Of a stretch of 64,000 nt of DNA, positions 1 through 13,945 are shown piece by piece. This DNA is from Paragordius varius (Eukaryota; Animalia; Nematomorpha), in NCBI GenBank assembly GCA_964247055.1, contig OZ176056.1, forward strand, positions 6,696,001 to 6,760,000, written 5' to 3'. The notes under the pieces are model-generated. The model did not search any database. It was given only the letters and a program-made list of their open reading frames with translations, and had not been told where the DNA came from. Position numbers and translations under genes: made by a program. Every line of letters begins with the position of its first letter. Position 1 is the stretch's first letter.

Positions 1-3000
1 TATGTCCTTAGGGAGAAAATAATAGTGCGAGTATAAACGTTAAAATTAGTTTTTTGAAGCTAATTTTAAACATGTATAGATTTGTATTAAAAAATACTAA
101 AAGAGGCATTTTCTGGTTTAAACCTTCGGCTTTTAGATAGGCTATATTTATTTTGTTAGTTGTTGTTTTTAGTATTTATTAGGGTTTTTCTACTCGTTTG
201 TTACAAAAAACCCTGTTAACTATACTAGTGGATATTATTTATTTTCGAAATCAATGGATGCGGCATTTCAAATGAATGTTAGGTATCCACTTTTAAATTG
301 ATTTTGTCTCACCCCTGATAGAAATACTTTATAACTTGGATGATGGGTATGTTACCATACTGTTATGAACTACAATAGGACCACTTGTACTCATCTAATA
401 TTCTTCCGATTTAATGGAATTATTTAACTCTATTCTGTGAATTGGTTAGTTTGACATGTCACTTTTTCTAGATTTTGCTGAAGTGAACTACATAATATTT
501 TCTGATGGTCTATTTTACCGAGCTTCCCCTATTGTATACCCTTGCCATATCCAGCATTTATAGGAGCTGATGGATGTTATTTTGCAGAGCTTGTGCGAGC
601 CGCACGGATCTATCACACTATACATTTGCCCTTTTAGATTTTTAATATTTTTTATTTTTATTACAACGGCTTATAACTTTTTTTCCTAAAGTTTCGTATC
701 CTCTTTTATTTATATACATAAAATATTAATTAATATATTCAATAAATTGATTTATTTATTGTATATTGTCTATTTCATTGTCTAGTAACTGCCCGCTTGA
801 TAAGACGCTCGTGCAAAAGAAATAAACCTTCAAAGCTATTTTGTGCAGTTTATATTTTAATAAAAAGATCGAAGGTATTTTAAGATCAAGTTTTATTATA
901 TGGACCATCTATAGCATTTTCTGCAGAGTCTTCGTTAATAAAAAAATGTTCTGAGGTATCGTATACTGTGGCTGGTATATTTGGATTAGTTTTGCATTTT
1001 CTATCTAAAGCAATAAAAAACCTGGCTATGGAGCACTTGTATCGACTTTCTCGCCTAAATGTACACAAGGAATAATTGTTTTTTAATTAAATACAAAATT
1101 AAAAATTAAATTTTTAAAAAAATCCTATTGGTGGCCTCAAATTTTATTTTGTTTTGGCCTTTCCATGCCATTAGGTAACAGAAAATGCAAAAAAATGGGG
1201 GGGTGCAAAACCTTGTTGAGCAGTGTTATGAGCTACTCCCGCTTGGATTCAAATCATAAAAAATTTATTTTATATATATAAGCTTTATATCATTTTTTGA
1301 ACGCGATAAATCAGGTACTAAATATAAAAAATATTATAATTAAAATAAAAATTAAAATCTTTTACCGCATAATAACACGTTTATTGATAACCTTTGGTTC
1401 CAAAGTGCGATTTTTAGCTTCGTGTTAGTTCCTTCAAAACCATAACCATTGTAAATTTTTTATCGATAATATTTTGCATTTATTATTTTGGTATATATTT
1501 ACAAAAAATTTCGTTGACGATTTTATCTCCATTGTATTTAATTTTATCCCACCCAATATGTAAATTTTTGATTTTGGCTATGAGCATGAAATAATTCTTT
1601 TTCTTCCTGTTAACCCTATTTTCATTTTTCATTATTCTGCAGATTTTAGTCGAATGATATATGATTCATAAATGCAGCATTTTTGATGCACACAGTGTGA
1701 TACAGGGGTATTTTTGATAATTTAATTAATTAAAACTCTACACTAATTTATTCATTAGCTTAAAATATGGGATTTAAATTTACCTTAAAATGAAAAAATA
1801 TACAAAGAATAAAAATGTAATGAATGATAACTAATTATTTTAGGATACATTTAAGGTGTTTTTATCCCAAAGATCTATCAAAAGTTGCCTTCAATTTATG
1901 TTGAGATAGTAACGACCTATGGCCTAAACCATTTCAGAAGTTGGAACTTATATATAATTTTTTAAAATGGTATTTCTGTACATTTTGTTAAATAATTATT
2001 TTAAGCCAATTGCTTTATTTCTAAATGATTAAATTATATCATAAGGGCAATTATTATTAAAATAAAAGCGAAACCGATTACCTTTTCACTTTTTTATCTT
2101 GGTTTACCTTTTGGGATACTTTTATACTAGAGCTCAATTTGTGAAACGACAATTATAAAGTTTTTTAGTAAAATATAATTGTCAAACGATAAAAGACTTA
2201 TATTTTTTACAGTTTTGTGACTTCTAGAATTTAAAATTGGGACAGCTTCAAAGCACGAATAAAATGAACAGCTGATCTTATCAAAATACATCAAGTTTTT
2301 GTTGGTAAAATATGGCTTGAAAAGTTTTTAAGCTAATAATTTACGTTCTCTAACCATAATATACATTTATTTGTCTGTTAGTAAAGAAATTTTCGAAACA
2401 AAATTGCGGCCCAAAAGTTTGAGACGAGGATTTTTTTACAATTTTACATTTATTTAATAATGCCCCTAAAAGGCTTAATAAAGCCTATTAATTAATTCGA
2501 TTTAAGACGTTAAATATTTATTAAGATATTTAAATTTTAAATGGCTTTGGGATATAAAACTACCCCAAATTCAATGAAGTATTAAAAATTTAATTTCTAA
2601 CATTTTAATGGTATTTTATGGTATTTTGTAGCATGGTCAAAACGAAATAATCTTTGATATATATTATGTTAATACTTTTTATATAGAATTCGATGATGCT
2701 GAACATTTCTATCACTCAGAAATTTAAATTATTGATTATGCTATAAATTTGGCTGTGTATTTTACAATGTGTATTCGGATGAGATATATATTCGGTTGAA
2801 CCTAATTGTAAATACATGAATTAGTACATGAATCCGTGGAAAAAAAATCTAGACATTTATAATAAATTTAAAATATTTTTGACAGTGCACACAAAATTAT
2901 ATTGATAAAATATAATTTTCTGATTGTAAACCGCTTAAGGATTTCGGTTTTTTGGTACGAGTGATATAAGAAAATAAGTAATTTTGTTGTGGTAACTGCA

Positions 3001-3174
3001 TGTCAAAATTCGGCAAAATAGGCGCATATTTCGCCAAATATATTTTTTTTGTTAGTAGAAAGCTTTATTAACAAACATAATAATAAGACATCCTAACCAA
3101 TTACATTTGATGACCTTTTGGGGTAATTTTATATCCCAGCGCTATTTGAAATTTGAATACCCTAAAAAGTATTA

Positions 3175-3760
3175 AATCCCGGTTTAGATTATTATCTTTA
3201 TATTTAAAAAGCTCTGAAGCTTCTTTAATAATCCGATCTTTACAATAATATTAATACAAAAATCAATTTCACGGTTAGATCATGTTCTGCTATAACACTG
3301 TTTTAAATATTGGAATTTCATAAACATGCTTTATGTTCATTTATTCTCGTCCTTTTTTTTCTGCACGTAAACTCTTTTGCAGCTGCATTTGATCGCGTAA
3401 ACAGCCGGTCCTCAGTATCAACTTTGTGTCTCTTTAAAAAAACTTTTTATCTTTTTTCTTGGTTTAAAACCAACTTTGATGTTAGATTTTTTCAAAATAT
3501 TGGCCATTTAATCTGTTACATTATTTATGTATGGAAGTGAGATAATTTTTGTATTATTATAACTGGTTGGAGTTTTGTTATAAGGTTTTTAATATCTTTA
3601 TTATCCATTCATTAAAATGGTCGAAATACTAATATTGGTTACGTGGAAAGTTTAATTATAAATTCAATTAAATTATATCTGAGCAAACCATTGCAAGCTC
3701 TTTTATGTTACAATAATTTTTACAAGCTTTAATTATAATAGTTTTTATCAGATTAATTGC
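3175..3760 (-). mobile_element. Degenerate Penelope-like retroelement fragment (end of RT thumb region + GIY-YIG endonuclease)
   Basis: Manual minus-strand translation gives KIISLPYINNVTD*MANILKKSNIKVGFKPRKKIK...AVYAIKCSCKRVYV...RINEHKACL...SVIAEH...RIIKEASE...NNLNRD. This follows the Penelope pattern LPY..S..I.RIL.K..I.V.FKP / VY.I.C.C...Y / R..EH / AEH / EA.EI / N.NRD. Several in-frame stops. The + strand ORF 3310-3540 is its antisense shadow. Confidence 0.7.
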
Positions 3761-4798
3761 ATACACTCATATATCATTTGATAATAAAATTATTTAAAAG
3801 ATTTTATAAATCCTATGATACTATTTATTAAATTGCTAATAAATATTTTATTATTTTATCATCTGTGTAGCAAATAAAAACTATTTTTTTATTAATTAGA
3901 ATAATATTTGATAAATAGAACTTTCAAATAAGTAGTTTTTTAACAAGATTGAGCTCTATAAAACTATCCCAATGTGTAATCGCGGACAGAAACGGGAAAA
4001 GGTTATGAAGTGTTAAAAAGCAAAACAATATTAGAATATTTTAATTCTTAGATATAAGGTCCAAAAATCTTATTTTTTGCACCAAGATTTATTAGCTGAA
4101 GATGCGGCCCGGTGTTAGACACCCATGTTTTCAAAAATCAATTGATAAATATAGTCATAAGGCCCGTTAATAAATATTTATCACTAGTATAATTTCTAAT
4201 AACCGATTTGAAAACCTTAATTATCAAAATTCGATGCTTATTAACAATCTTTTAAGCAACTATAACTTTTGCTAATTGAGTTCTACATTCAAAAAACAAC
4301 TATGTGAAAAAATTGCAACAAATCTTTAGTTTATTATCTATATTTATTATTTGATTTCGTTTGTTAAATAAAATTATTCAGGATATTATTTTATTTTTGT
4401 ATAGGAGGGCTAGACTACTTCAACGGAAATAGGTAATCTAGTATTGAAAAAATTGATTTAACAAATAACAAACACTTTATAATTGATTTCGTATTTTTCT
4501 ATGATTTCAATTAATATAGCTCGCATAATGAGCAACATACAAACATAATAACCATTGTTAAAATAAACGAAGGTATATAGCCATTCGTAACATCAATTTT
4601 AGCTATTAGTACCTTTAAACTGTATATTGTATGTTATGTGTTAGTATTTTTTTCCATTTACTAAATAAATAAACAAAAAAAATTCCCAAAATTTGATAAT
4701 TGTATCATGATATTATAAATAAAAAAATAGATTATTATTGGAAAGGGTAGAAGCCGTTGAGTATAACATATAAATTTTTTAGCTTTATTTTATAAGTT

Positions 4799-7700
4799 AT
4801 GACCAAATTTTATTGGATCTTTTTTGATTCAAATACGTTTAAAAAGTTAATATTTTTTTGCCTTTGTATACTCATATACATTTTTTCTCGAAGTAAATAT
4901 GATGTTTTTAATCCCAACTTCAATAAAATGTTGTATAGCAGCTCATTCAAAACGAAGGTATATTATTTCCCAACAAATGTATATGAAGGGCCCATATCTA
5001 GTGTATCGAACACTTCCCTAAGTCCTGGTCAAAAATCAAAATCAAACATTAATCCAGATTGTTTTAGATTACAACTATATTGGGTAGATGTCTTGAAAAA
5101 ATATACAACGAAAAATGAAAATAAAAAATCAATCATAACATGTAATGTGAGGCAAATATTGAGATGTCCAATTTTTGAAAATACACCAGAGGATATGATG
5201 AAACCATGCTATGGACCTAATCAAAAACTTTATGTAAACAAACCATTTGCAACATTGTACAGTCCTCCACATACAGATATATTAATTGATCAAACAATAC
5301 CAGGAAATAATTGGTTTGATATCTTGGTCGATTTTCAATGTAACATCACATTTTTAGACAAATCAAACGTTACATCTATAAACTTTTTGAGGCCATTTGC
5401 AAAACAATCGGTTTCTAGATTTATGGATGCAAATAAAAGCAAGCAGCAATCATTATATAATTCCACCAATTCTACAAATGTCACAAAATCCAAACCATAT
5501 AACGTTATATTGATAGGGATAGATACTGTCTCTTCACACCTGTTTCATAGTAAAAATCGGTCTGTAATAGATGCCCTAAATAAGTACAGAAGCCTAAATG
5601 GGTCCGATTCAACCATTATATACAGCGCATTAAATAAGGTTGGAATAAATACCTTGCCAAACATCTTGGCTTTATTGACCGGTACTAATGATATAGAGAA
5701 AGTTTCTCACAACGGTTACTACGATGAATTAAATGAAACATTTATATGGAAGGAATATGAAAACAGAGGTTATTTAACTGTATTCATGGATGATATGATA
5801 TATTTAACTCCATTTAATTACAATCGAAAGGGATTTCGAAATTCGCCTACTCATATATATTCACGACCGTACGCTAAAGCCCTATCGATTAACGCGGATG
5901 TAATTATAACAGATACTGATTACATATGGACGTATTTTATGGATACCGTTATGGCGGCTCATGAATTAAATCAGCCATATTTTTCATTGTTCTTTAGTGG
6001 AACATTTACTCATGATTTCAATGGACTAGATAATTTAGATAACTTACTAATATCGAGATTAACAGAATTTTTATCGATGTATGACACTTCGAATACATTC
6101 ATTATTTTATTTAGCGACCATGGAAGGCGATTTGGAGATTACCGTGAATCTTATCAAGGTACGATAATTATTATGCTAGATATAATTTAGTCTAGATAAT
6201 ATTTATGTAAAAAGCTGTTATCAGATATAAATCGCATAAGTTTTTATAAAATATTTTTAAGCCAATTTTTATTTTGATAAATTTCCACCAATTCTACTAT
6301 ATATTTAGGCAGATATGAGTATATGCATCACTTAAATATTGGATATCAAAAATTATTAGGCTGAGCCTCATTTTAATTGACAGCAAAGTTAAAAGGATTT
6401 AATTAAGGATAAATTAATTAAATTGAAACTTAAAAAATAAATGTCGCTTTTTAAAGCCAACCATATTTTTAACACTTGGATACAATACATTCATTTTAGT
6501 CCTTCGATTCAGATTGGGGTAGTTAGATACCCCAGGCCTATTTAAAATTAGATTCTTTAAAATATATGGAAAAGCCCATGGCAAAATTTTGCACTTATAT
6601 AACATTAATAAAACGAAATATATAAAAAAATTCATTCAAAAATACTTGATTTTACATATTTTAAGCTTAAACCCAAAGGTAAAATTTAGTCAACGTGACA
6701 TGTGTGCAATGGTAAAATTGAAAAATAATATAAAGTAAACCACTTATCTATTTCTATCATTGATAGATGTAATTTGAATAAAAAATTATTTTTAATTTCA
6801 CCTTATATTTTGCAAAAATTTTGTAAAATAAAAATGGCGTCGATTAGTTTTACATAGAACTTTTGTTAAAAACGAAATTATTTAGATATTTTGGCTTATT
6901 TATATGATTTCCATTAGGATAAAAGCATATTTGGGACCGTTACCTCAGTAAAAATATTAACTTTAATTAAGTCTGGGGTATTTAGATACGCCAATTTGAA
7001 TTGGAGTGTTAATAAACTTCATTGCATATGAAATTTTGGATAAACATAGGTGAAATATTTTTGTCATATATATATAATTGTTAATAATCATATAAAAATT
7101 ACTATAATAGTTAACTTATATTTTAATTTAAATCATTATTGATAAAATTATGAAATTTCAAAAATTACTTTATATATAGATTTAGTTAGTACCATAATTT
7201 TATAAGAATCATGTGATACACTTATGATTAAAAATATCTGTTTTAACAAGCCGTTACCACGGTCATAAATAATATATTATTATATTCTATATAAAATAAT
7301 ATTATTTAAATCAAAACTAAAAATTTAAACTTTTATTAAAAAATATTATTTCTATTTTTTCATTTTAGGTATATCTTTTTAATAATTTGGAATAGGTTTA
7401 ATGGAAGATGTCAATCCCTTTTTGGTTATTTCCCCACCACAAAATTACATCCAAGAATATCCTGATCACTATCGGAATTTGCTGTTGAACAAGGATGCAC
7501 AGATAACTTTATTGGATATTCATGCTACACTTAAAACAATATTAAATCCCAAAGTTACCAATAATCAAAACACGCTTTTCCAACGATTGAGCGGTATATT
7601 TTTTATTATATTTAATTGTGAAATTCGGATTTTTCCAACTACTGTTTGTGGTTTAGAGGGGAGTCTTATTTAATTGTAATCATTTGATTAAATCATAAAA

Positions 7701-8439
7701 CCAAGATATTTTATGAAGACTATATAAGTCAAAATAATAAAACTTACTTGAAATATTATATATTAGATGACCTGGAATTTTTATTTTTTTTAAATTAATA
7801 AATTGTATCTAGACTTAAGTGCTTATTATAAACTTTCTTGCTTTAAAATTAATTATTGTTATATTATATGTTTTAGGACTGAGTTTGATGGACAACGTTA
7901 TTGGAAAAAGGAGTTGTCAACTCCAAACTATTCCAATCAGTTATTGCCTATCTCAGTGGACACATGTTTATAGTAGTCAAGGATATAACAAAAATTTTAA
8001 AGCTAACATTTCGCAAAATTATATCAAACAGTTGTCAACCAATGCACTGAATTTAACCATAGAGTTAATTAAGCGGAAAATTGATAAAGAGGCAGATTTT
8101 TTCGGGGATTGCCTGTTGGATTTGGAGATATCTGAGGTCAAAGAAGTTTTATTAAGCACGCCAGAAATAAATGGCCAAATAGACAACGCATCCAAAAATA
8201 GTTCTCAATTAGCTATGGTATTGTTTTCGGTTAAGAGATTAACCAAGAACACAAAGCAAAATACTAGTATACGACCCCACCCAAGCCTGGGTGTTATTCA
8301 ATTAATTTTTGACGTAACAAATCAACATATAATCGAATATCAAAGATTGGATCGTATTGCTGATAAAAGGTGTGTACCTAAAAGGGTTAACGGTTTCTAT
8401 TGTTTTTGCCACATGTTTTATTTTAAAGTTTTTTATTAG
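4799..8439 (+). CDS. DUF229 family (alkaline phosphatase/sulfatase-like) type II membrane or secreted protein, 3 exons
   Basis: Exons 4799-6158, 7396-7593 and 7877-8439 join in frame with GT-AG introns (CAAG|gt..ag|GTTTA; AGCG|gt..ag|GACTG). It has an N-terminal hydrophobic anchor and the motifs NVILIGIDTVS, NKVGINTLPNILALLTG, FIWKEY..RGYLT.F.DD, FSDHGRRFG...QG, NPFLVISPP, IT.LDIHATLK.IL, GLSL, C....IP..YC and a C-terminal FYCFC, as recalled for DUF229 proteins. Confidence 0.85.
6473..7008. mobile_element. TTAA-flanked (piggyBac-like) MITE, copy 1, in intron 1 of the DUF229 gene
   Basis: TTAA|CACT...AGTG|TTAA ends. Subterminal inverted TGGGGTA(G/T)TTAGATAC(C/G)CCA palindromes at both ends. 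The body matches copies at 37587-38117 and 41790-42361. Confidence 0.75.
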
Positions 8440-9116
8440 CGAGTGCCAAAGAACCAAAATCCTATCTATTGCTCAATTATATTTAATATTATGCCGTCGT
8501 ATTTCACATATGAAACTTGTATAAAGAATTGATCCATTTTTTTTAAACGCATTACATCATTAATATTAGTATTTATTTAAAAGTCAATTATTTGCCGCAT
8601 CAAAAAGATTACGAATAAACTTTTTAATATAAAAGTTAAATCTATATGATTGAAAACAATAGCGGACTCCTCAGCCCATTAAAAAACGTGTGATGCATAA
8701 CCTTGAATCATTTAATATTTTCTATATTAACATAAATAAATGAATGTATATATTTTATAAAGATCAAAAAAAGTATATCTTTAATATTTTTACTCAACCA
8801 AATATTATTTTTTACATTTTTATTTTAAATCAATCAAGATCAATCTTAAATGCTGATTGCAAAATTTTGTTTGAGAAGCAATTTTTAGGTTATTATAAAT
8901 GGGTCAATTTCCTTAAAATCCTTTTATTATTCGGACGATGGTAATTAAATCTTGTGAATACGCGAATAATTGAACGAGTTCATAAAATAGCTTTCGGTTT
9001 CTTCAAAATCGTCACTGAGTAATTTTTGTACGAATGGGTATTTTGCTTTCAAACAAAAGAAAATAAAATAGTTACGTATTTTTTTAGAGTAAGACCGCAC
9101 CATGTATAATACGTAG

Positions 9117-11457
9117 CACTGTGTGCAAAAAAAATTTTGACAAAAAAATTTTTTTTTTCATGAGGTAGCTTATGACCAGCGTATTCATTTACCGCAAAAG
9201 AAAATCGAATCGGGCAAAAAGTGAAAATTAAGGATTAAGGAAAATTCAAAAAATAATAATGAATATTATGGTTTATTATAGTTTTAGGAAATATTTTTAA
9301 TATATAAATAGCCTAAAATCATTAGTTAGGGGTTCTATAAATTTTCTGGTCAATAGATGGCATTTTTCTTTTATCACGCTTAAAAGACAAAATAAATTTA
9401 ATGAAACTATATTAAAATAATTTTTTATATTTATTTACTACCTAAATTCACTATTAAAATCTTAACATTTAGATTTTATTCAGTAAAATAAACTTCTATA
9501 TCAAAATAAAACCAAAAAATAGTTTTTTATTTTTGCATTATTTTGTCATCTAGTTTATGAGTGTACAAAAAATTTATTCTGTTTTATTTTGGATTCTCAC
9601 ATGATTAGGAATTATTAAGTATATAACTTATGCACAATAGGATTGAAAATTAGTATATCATCCAACAATCCGTACAAATCCCAATACAAATATTAATTTG
9701 TCATAAAACAGACTCGTTAGAGGAAATTATAAGGATTTTCTGGTTGATATTCCACTACTTTTAAATCCTATTTTCATAAATTATATACTTTATAATTCGC
9801 ACTCATGTAAGATTCCAAAATAAAACAGTATAAAATTTACAATCGCAAACCGGATGACAAAAAATGCAAAAATAAAAAACAATATTTTTGGTTTCATTTG
9901 GTATATAAGTTTTTTTTGATGAATAAAATACACTGGACAACAAATTTTTCTGCCACTCGAGTTTTTTCATTTTTTGAAATATCCTTTTAACAGTAAATCT
10001 GAAATAAAAATTATAACTCGATGGAAGAAATTTGTATAATTTAATTTTTTTGATTATGCGCCCTCTTTATCAAAATTTTACTAAAAAATGTTTTTCTTTG
10101 AAAATATACAAGTAATGCCATTTGTAATATATCCTTCGAAAGAGTAATAAAAACGCTCTAAAATGCATACTAATATGTATTACATCGTCAGTTAATATTG
10201 GACACAAAGAGCGACAAACGCGCGAAGCGATAGCATTTTTTTATTAAATTTTTAAAACTAATGGATGAAAATAGCTCAACCTTTGTTTAGATGGTGATGA
10301 ATGTCCAAAAAAGATAACACAAGAAAGTTTTTTTGATTAAAACATTTTTTATTGCTTTTATGTCACTCAAAACAGCCATTTTTAAGTTTTTTGTTTTTTT
10401 AAAAATTATCATCTCATCAATATTAATTTATTTTCTTTACGAGGCTGATAATTTCGAAATTTTAAAGATAAAAACAAAGTTTAAGGTATTTTTGATTTTT
10501 TATAGCCATTATGTAATAAATTTACAGTTATAACTATGCATTTTTGTATCCACTAGGTAAAATATTTATGATAATAATAATTTTTATTAAAAAGAGCAAA
10601 CCAAATGCTTTTTCAAACATTTTTTTAAATTAAATACTAATATAACCCCAATAATTATATTAAAATAATTTATATGATTTTTAAATTAGTTTGTCTGTGA
10701 AAATTTTTGACTTATTTAAGGATTAAAAATTTCGACCATTTAAATCCAAATAACTTTTACATCCGATTAATTTAAATGACTTACTACCATTTAAAAGATG
10801 CAGTTTTTTGAGCTCTTTCGAATGTAATAAAATACATGGCTTCATATCTAAAACTTTTAATTTTCGAAATTTCGAGTTTAATGTTAAATCGGGGCCAAAA
10901 ATTATCGATAAACTCTAATATAAAAAAATTCTTGCATGCTAGACCAATTTTCTTTTCAGATATACTAATTATGTGCTTTAATGAAATAAATTTTAAATTT
11001 ACAAGAACAGTTAAAAAAAGTTAAAATTTGTTGTCTAGTGATATAAATGTTAAGATTTTAATAGTTAGTTTAGGTAGTAAATAATTAAAAAAAATTATTT
11101 TAATATATTTTCATTAAATTTATTTTGTCGTTTAAGTGTAACAAAAGAAAAACGCCATCTTTTGACCTGGAATTTTATAGAAACCCAAACTATATGATTT
11201 TAGGCTATTTATATATTGAAAATATCTCCTAAAATGATAATAAACCATAGCATTTCAAATTTTATCATTATTTTTTGTATCCTTAATTATCCTTAGTTTT
11301 CACTTTTTGCCCGATTTCGATTTTCACTCAATATTTCAAAAACAAGTTTTTTAACAAATAACAATTTTTGCGGCAAATCAATACGCTGGTCATAAGCTAT
11401 CTCATGAAAAAAAATTTTTTCGTTAAATCAAAATGACCCTCTTTTTTGCACACAGTG
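9117..11457. mobile_element. Non-autonomous long-TIR (foldback-like) DNA element with CACTG...CAGTG termini
   Basis: TAG|CACTGTGTGCAAAAAA ... TTTTTTGCACACAGTG|TAG. Imperfect inverted identity runs over about 9117-9475 versus 11040-11457. No transposase ORF inside. Confidence 0.7.
9481..9925. mobile_element. Small inverted-repeat element nested in the left arm of the CACTG element
   Basis: About 9495-9550 is an imperfect reverse complement of about 9850-9915. The host arm similarity (CACT[A/G]GACAACAAATTTT) resumes at about 9930. Confidence 0.4.
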
Positions 11458-11459
11458 TA

Positions 11460-12420
11460 GGATACCACTCGTTTACGATGTGTCATGTATTTCAATCTAC
11501 TCCATAACTCATTCTGAGCCTCGTTGTTTTTACAGATTTTTCAAATCTATACTAATAATGTCACTCCACTTTGTTTTTGGAGGACCTTACCGCCTACTTG
11601 ACCTCAAGCATGAAAATCTTTTTGCTTTATAATACCCTTGTTTCCTCTTTAGAGGCCCTTTTTTCCATAAATTTATCACGTATACATCTGACTTTTAAGC
11701 CTCTTATATAGTTATGATTATTTCGTCGTGCCACTCACCAGTCTAAGCTGCAACTTTACTACTTCGAAAACTCTTCAGTTTTACTAACGGCCAAGTCTAT
11801 AAATTAATTATTCTTAATGATAATTTTAAGGTCAACATTCATTTATGACACCACAAATGCCGCTTCTAAGCGAATGTTAAAAAAACTTGTAAAAATATTA
11901 ATTTTAATGATTATAAGAATTATTATAATTTCATAGTACCACCGATGTTGATGATTTTAGGCGCTATCCTTAATCGAAAACCAATCTCAAATGTTAGTCA
12001 AAAGGGAAAACCTATAGAAGTTTTTTTTAAAAGTTCAATAGTCATTAAAAAAATACAGTTTAAAGTCTCTTCCTTTTTTAAATTAAATTGTATGGCATGT
12101 GAAGGATTTAACACTCGTCTGCCTGCCCAGAGCTGACAGAGATGATGGAAAAATTCTTAGTTTCCGGGTTCAAACTCAGGCACGTGGTGTGAGAGTCCAG
12201 CGCCCTACCTATTACACCATCATGCAATAATCTTAATTCATAATGGTAAAATTGTGTTTTTTTGAATTTTCCAAAACCATACACCAATATCGACATTTTC
12301 TTACAGAGATACCCTATACTTTATATTACTCTTTCAATAAAAACTCTATCCCCATTGAAGATAGTGCTTTTTTAACAAATATACACTTCCATTTTTAAAC
12401 AATACCTCGGGCCATCGAAT
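11460..12420 (-). pseudogene. Possible highly degenerate non-LTR retrotransposon (AP-endonuclease to linker) fragment
   Basis: GC is higher than in the flanks. Stop-riddled minus-strand translations include LSLNPETKNFSIISVSSGQADE (like 'L.L....IIS.YAPQ.G..DE') and EVK*AVRSSKNKVE. Weak, motif-recall only. Confidence 0.3.
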
Positions 12421-12863
12421 ATTATTTAATTTGACTCATTTTTCTCATTTACATAAATGAGCAGATCTAAGTTAATAGAAAAAAACAATTTTTAACTCTT
12501 TGTTCGCCCAATATGAATTCAAAACTCAGTGGCTAAAAATAAAACTATTTGTTACCCGAGTCTACCAAATACCACGTATTAAATGGTCTTCTAAAAATAA
12601 TTTTCCATGTTTCATTTGATCCATTATTTAATCATGGAAATAAGCATAAATTACTCTAACTTCGTTGACCAATTTTTTATTTATATATATTGTTTCTCCT
12701 TAGAGGAAGGCCTTATTTATAATAGAGTCTTAGAGGCAATATAAAAAAACAATATCGTTAGAGCGCAAAATTTGCATAGGAGAAATGAAGTTGAATCTTC
12801 AAAGGTGAATTTGTTTGAATGGTATATATATTTAGTGCAGAACTTCAAACCGGTTCGAAAAAT

Positions 12864-13500
12864 GTGGGGAACTGTGGTGGTTGGGACCTGAACAGGCCTA
12901 ATTCCTAAAATTTATAAACACGGGATGGTCTCAAATTTTGGAACCAGAACCCGGCTTTGCTGAGCAAGTAAAACCAGAACTTGGTTGGTTCCTTAAAAAT
13001 CGACATATGCCGAACCGATTATTAATTTGAAACTGGTTCCATTTTAATGCCTTACTATTCATTAAAATATTATTATTCAACACTTTTATTATGTTCGAAG
13101 AATAATATGGGGAACTGTGGTGGTTGGGACCGGAAAAGGCCTGGCTAAGAATTATAAAATAAACTCGGCAATATTAACCAGAACCGGGGTGGTTGTTAAA
13201 AAAGTGAAACCGGAACTTAATTGTTTCCTTAAAAATGGCTGCGGAACCGGTTCCCTATTGATTCTTTACTATTCATTAAAATATTTTCATTCAAAATTTT
13301 TATTGTGTTCAATAAATGTCGGGGCTGTGGTGGTTGGGCCCTGAACAGGCCTGGTTCCTAAGAATTTTAAAATAAACCCGGGGTGTTTGCTGAGCAAGTA
13401 AAACCGGCACTGGTTGTTTCCTTAAAAATCCGAAGGTTGCGGAACCGGTTCCTTTACATTTGAAACAGGTTTCATTTTGGTTCCCGACTTTTCATTAAAA
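12864..13500. repeat. Tandem array of three ~210-240 bp units rich in GAACCGG/GGTTCC motifs
   Basis: Units start at about 12864, 13107 and 13318 with GGG(A/G)(A/G)CTGTGGTGGTTGGG(A/C)CC and share CAGGCCT..TAAGAATT, GCTGAGCAAGTAAAACC and GGAACCGGTTCC. A diverged partial copy is at about 18536-18640. Confidence 0.8.
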
Positions 13501-13945
13501 TAATTTTATTTAACATTTTTATTAAAATTAAACAAACCAAATATCATCATTTAAAAATTATAACTTAATTTGATAGAAAGATATAAAGCCAATTGTTTTC
13601 GTATAACTGTATTTCTATTCACTATAGCATGCACCTATTGAGATTAATTTTTATTTAACATTTTAAAAATGATTGCATCAGCATTTCCGTGGTCAGACTA
13701 TTTGTCAGATCTGAAAATATATTTAAAATTTCTTTATATGTGTGAGTAGCAATATGTACCGCCATAGCGACCTTACATAATAAAATTTATTTTCGAAAAA
13801 ATCTGCTGTCAAAAAAATAAGTTTATGGATCTCAAGCCCTGGCAGCGATTTGATACCCCTGATTGTGGTTCAATTTTTTCCATCATGGATAAATGATTGT
13901 GAACACTATAGTTTATGGTTTTGTCAAAATTATAGGTAATATATG

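Noticed and set aside
300-1068. GC-elevated segments and minus ORF 886-1068, possibly exons
   Set aside because: All frames examined have stops or no recognisable motif, and no consistent splice model could be built. Left unassigned.
3310-3540. + strand 76-aa hydrophobic ORF
   Set aside because: Antisense shadow of the Penelope relic, with a non-ATG start.
6309-6358. Possible extra DUF229 exon (ag|GC AGA TAT GAG..., 'GRYE')
   Set aside because: It runs into a stop after 16 codons, whereas the exon at 7396 supplies the family-typical continuation in the correct phase.
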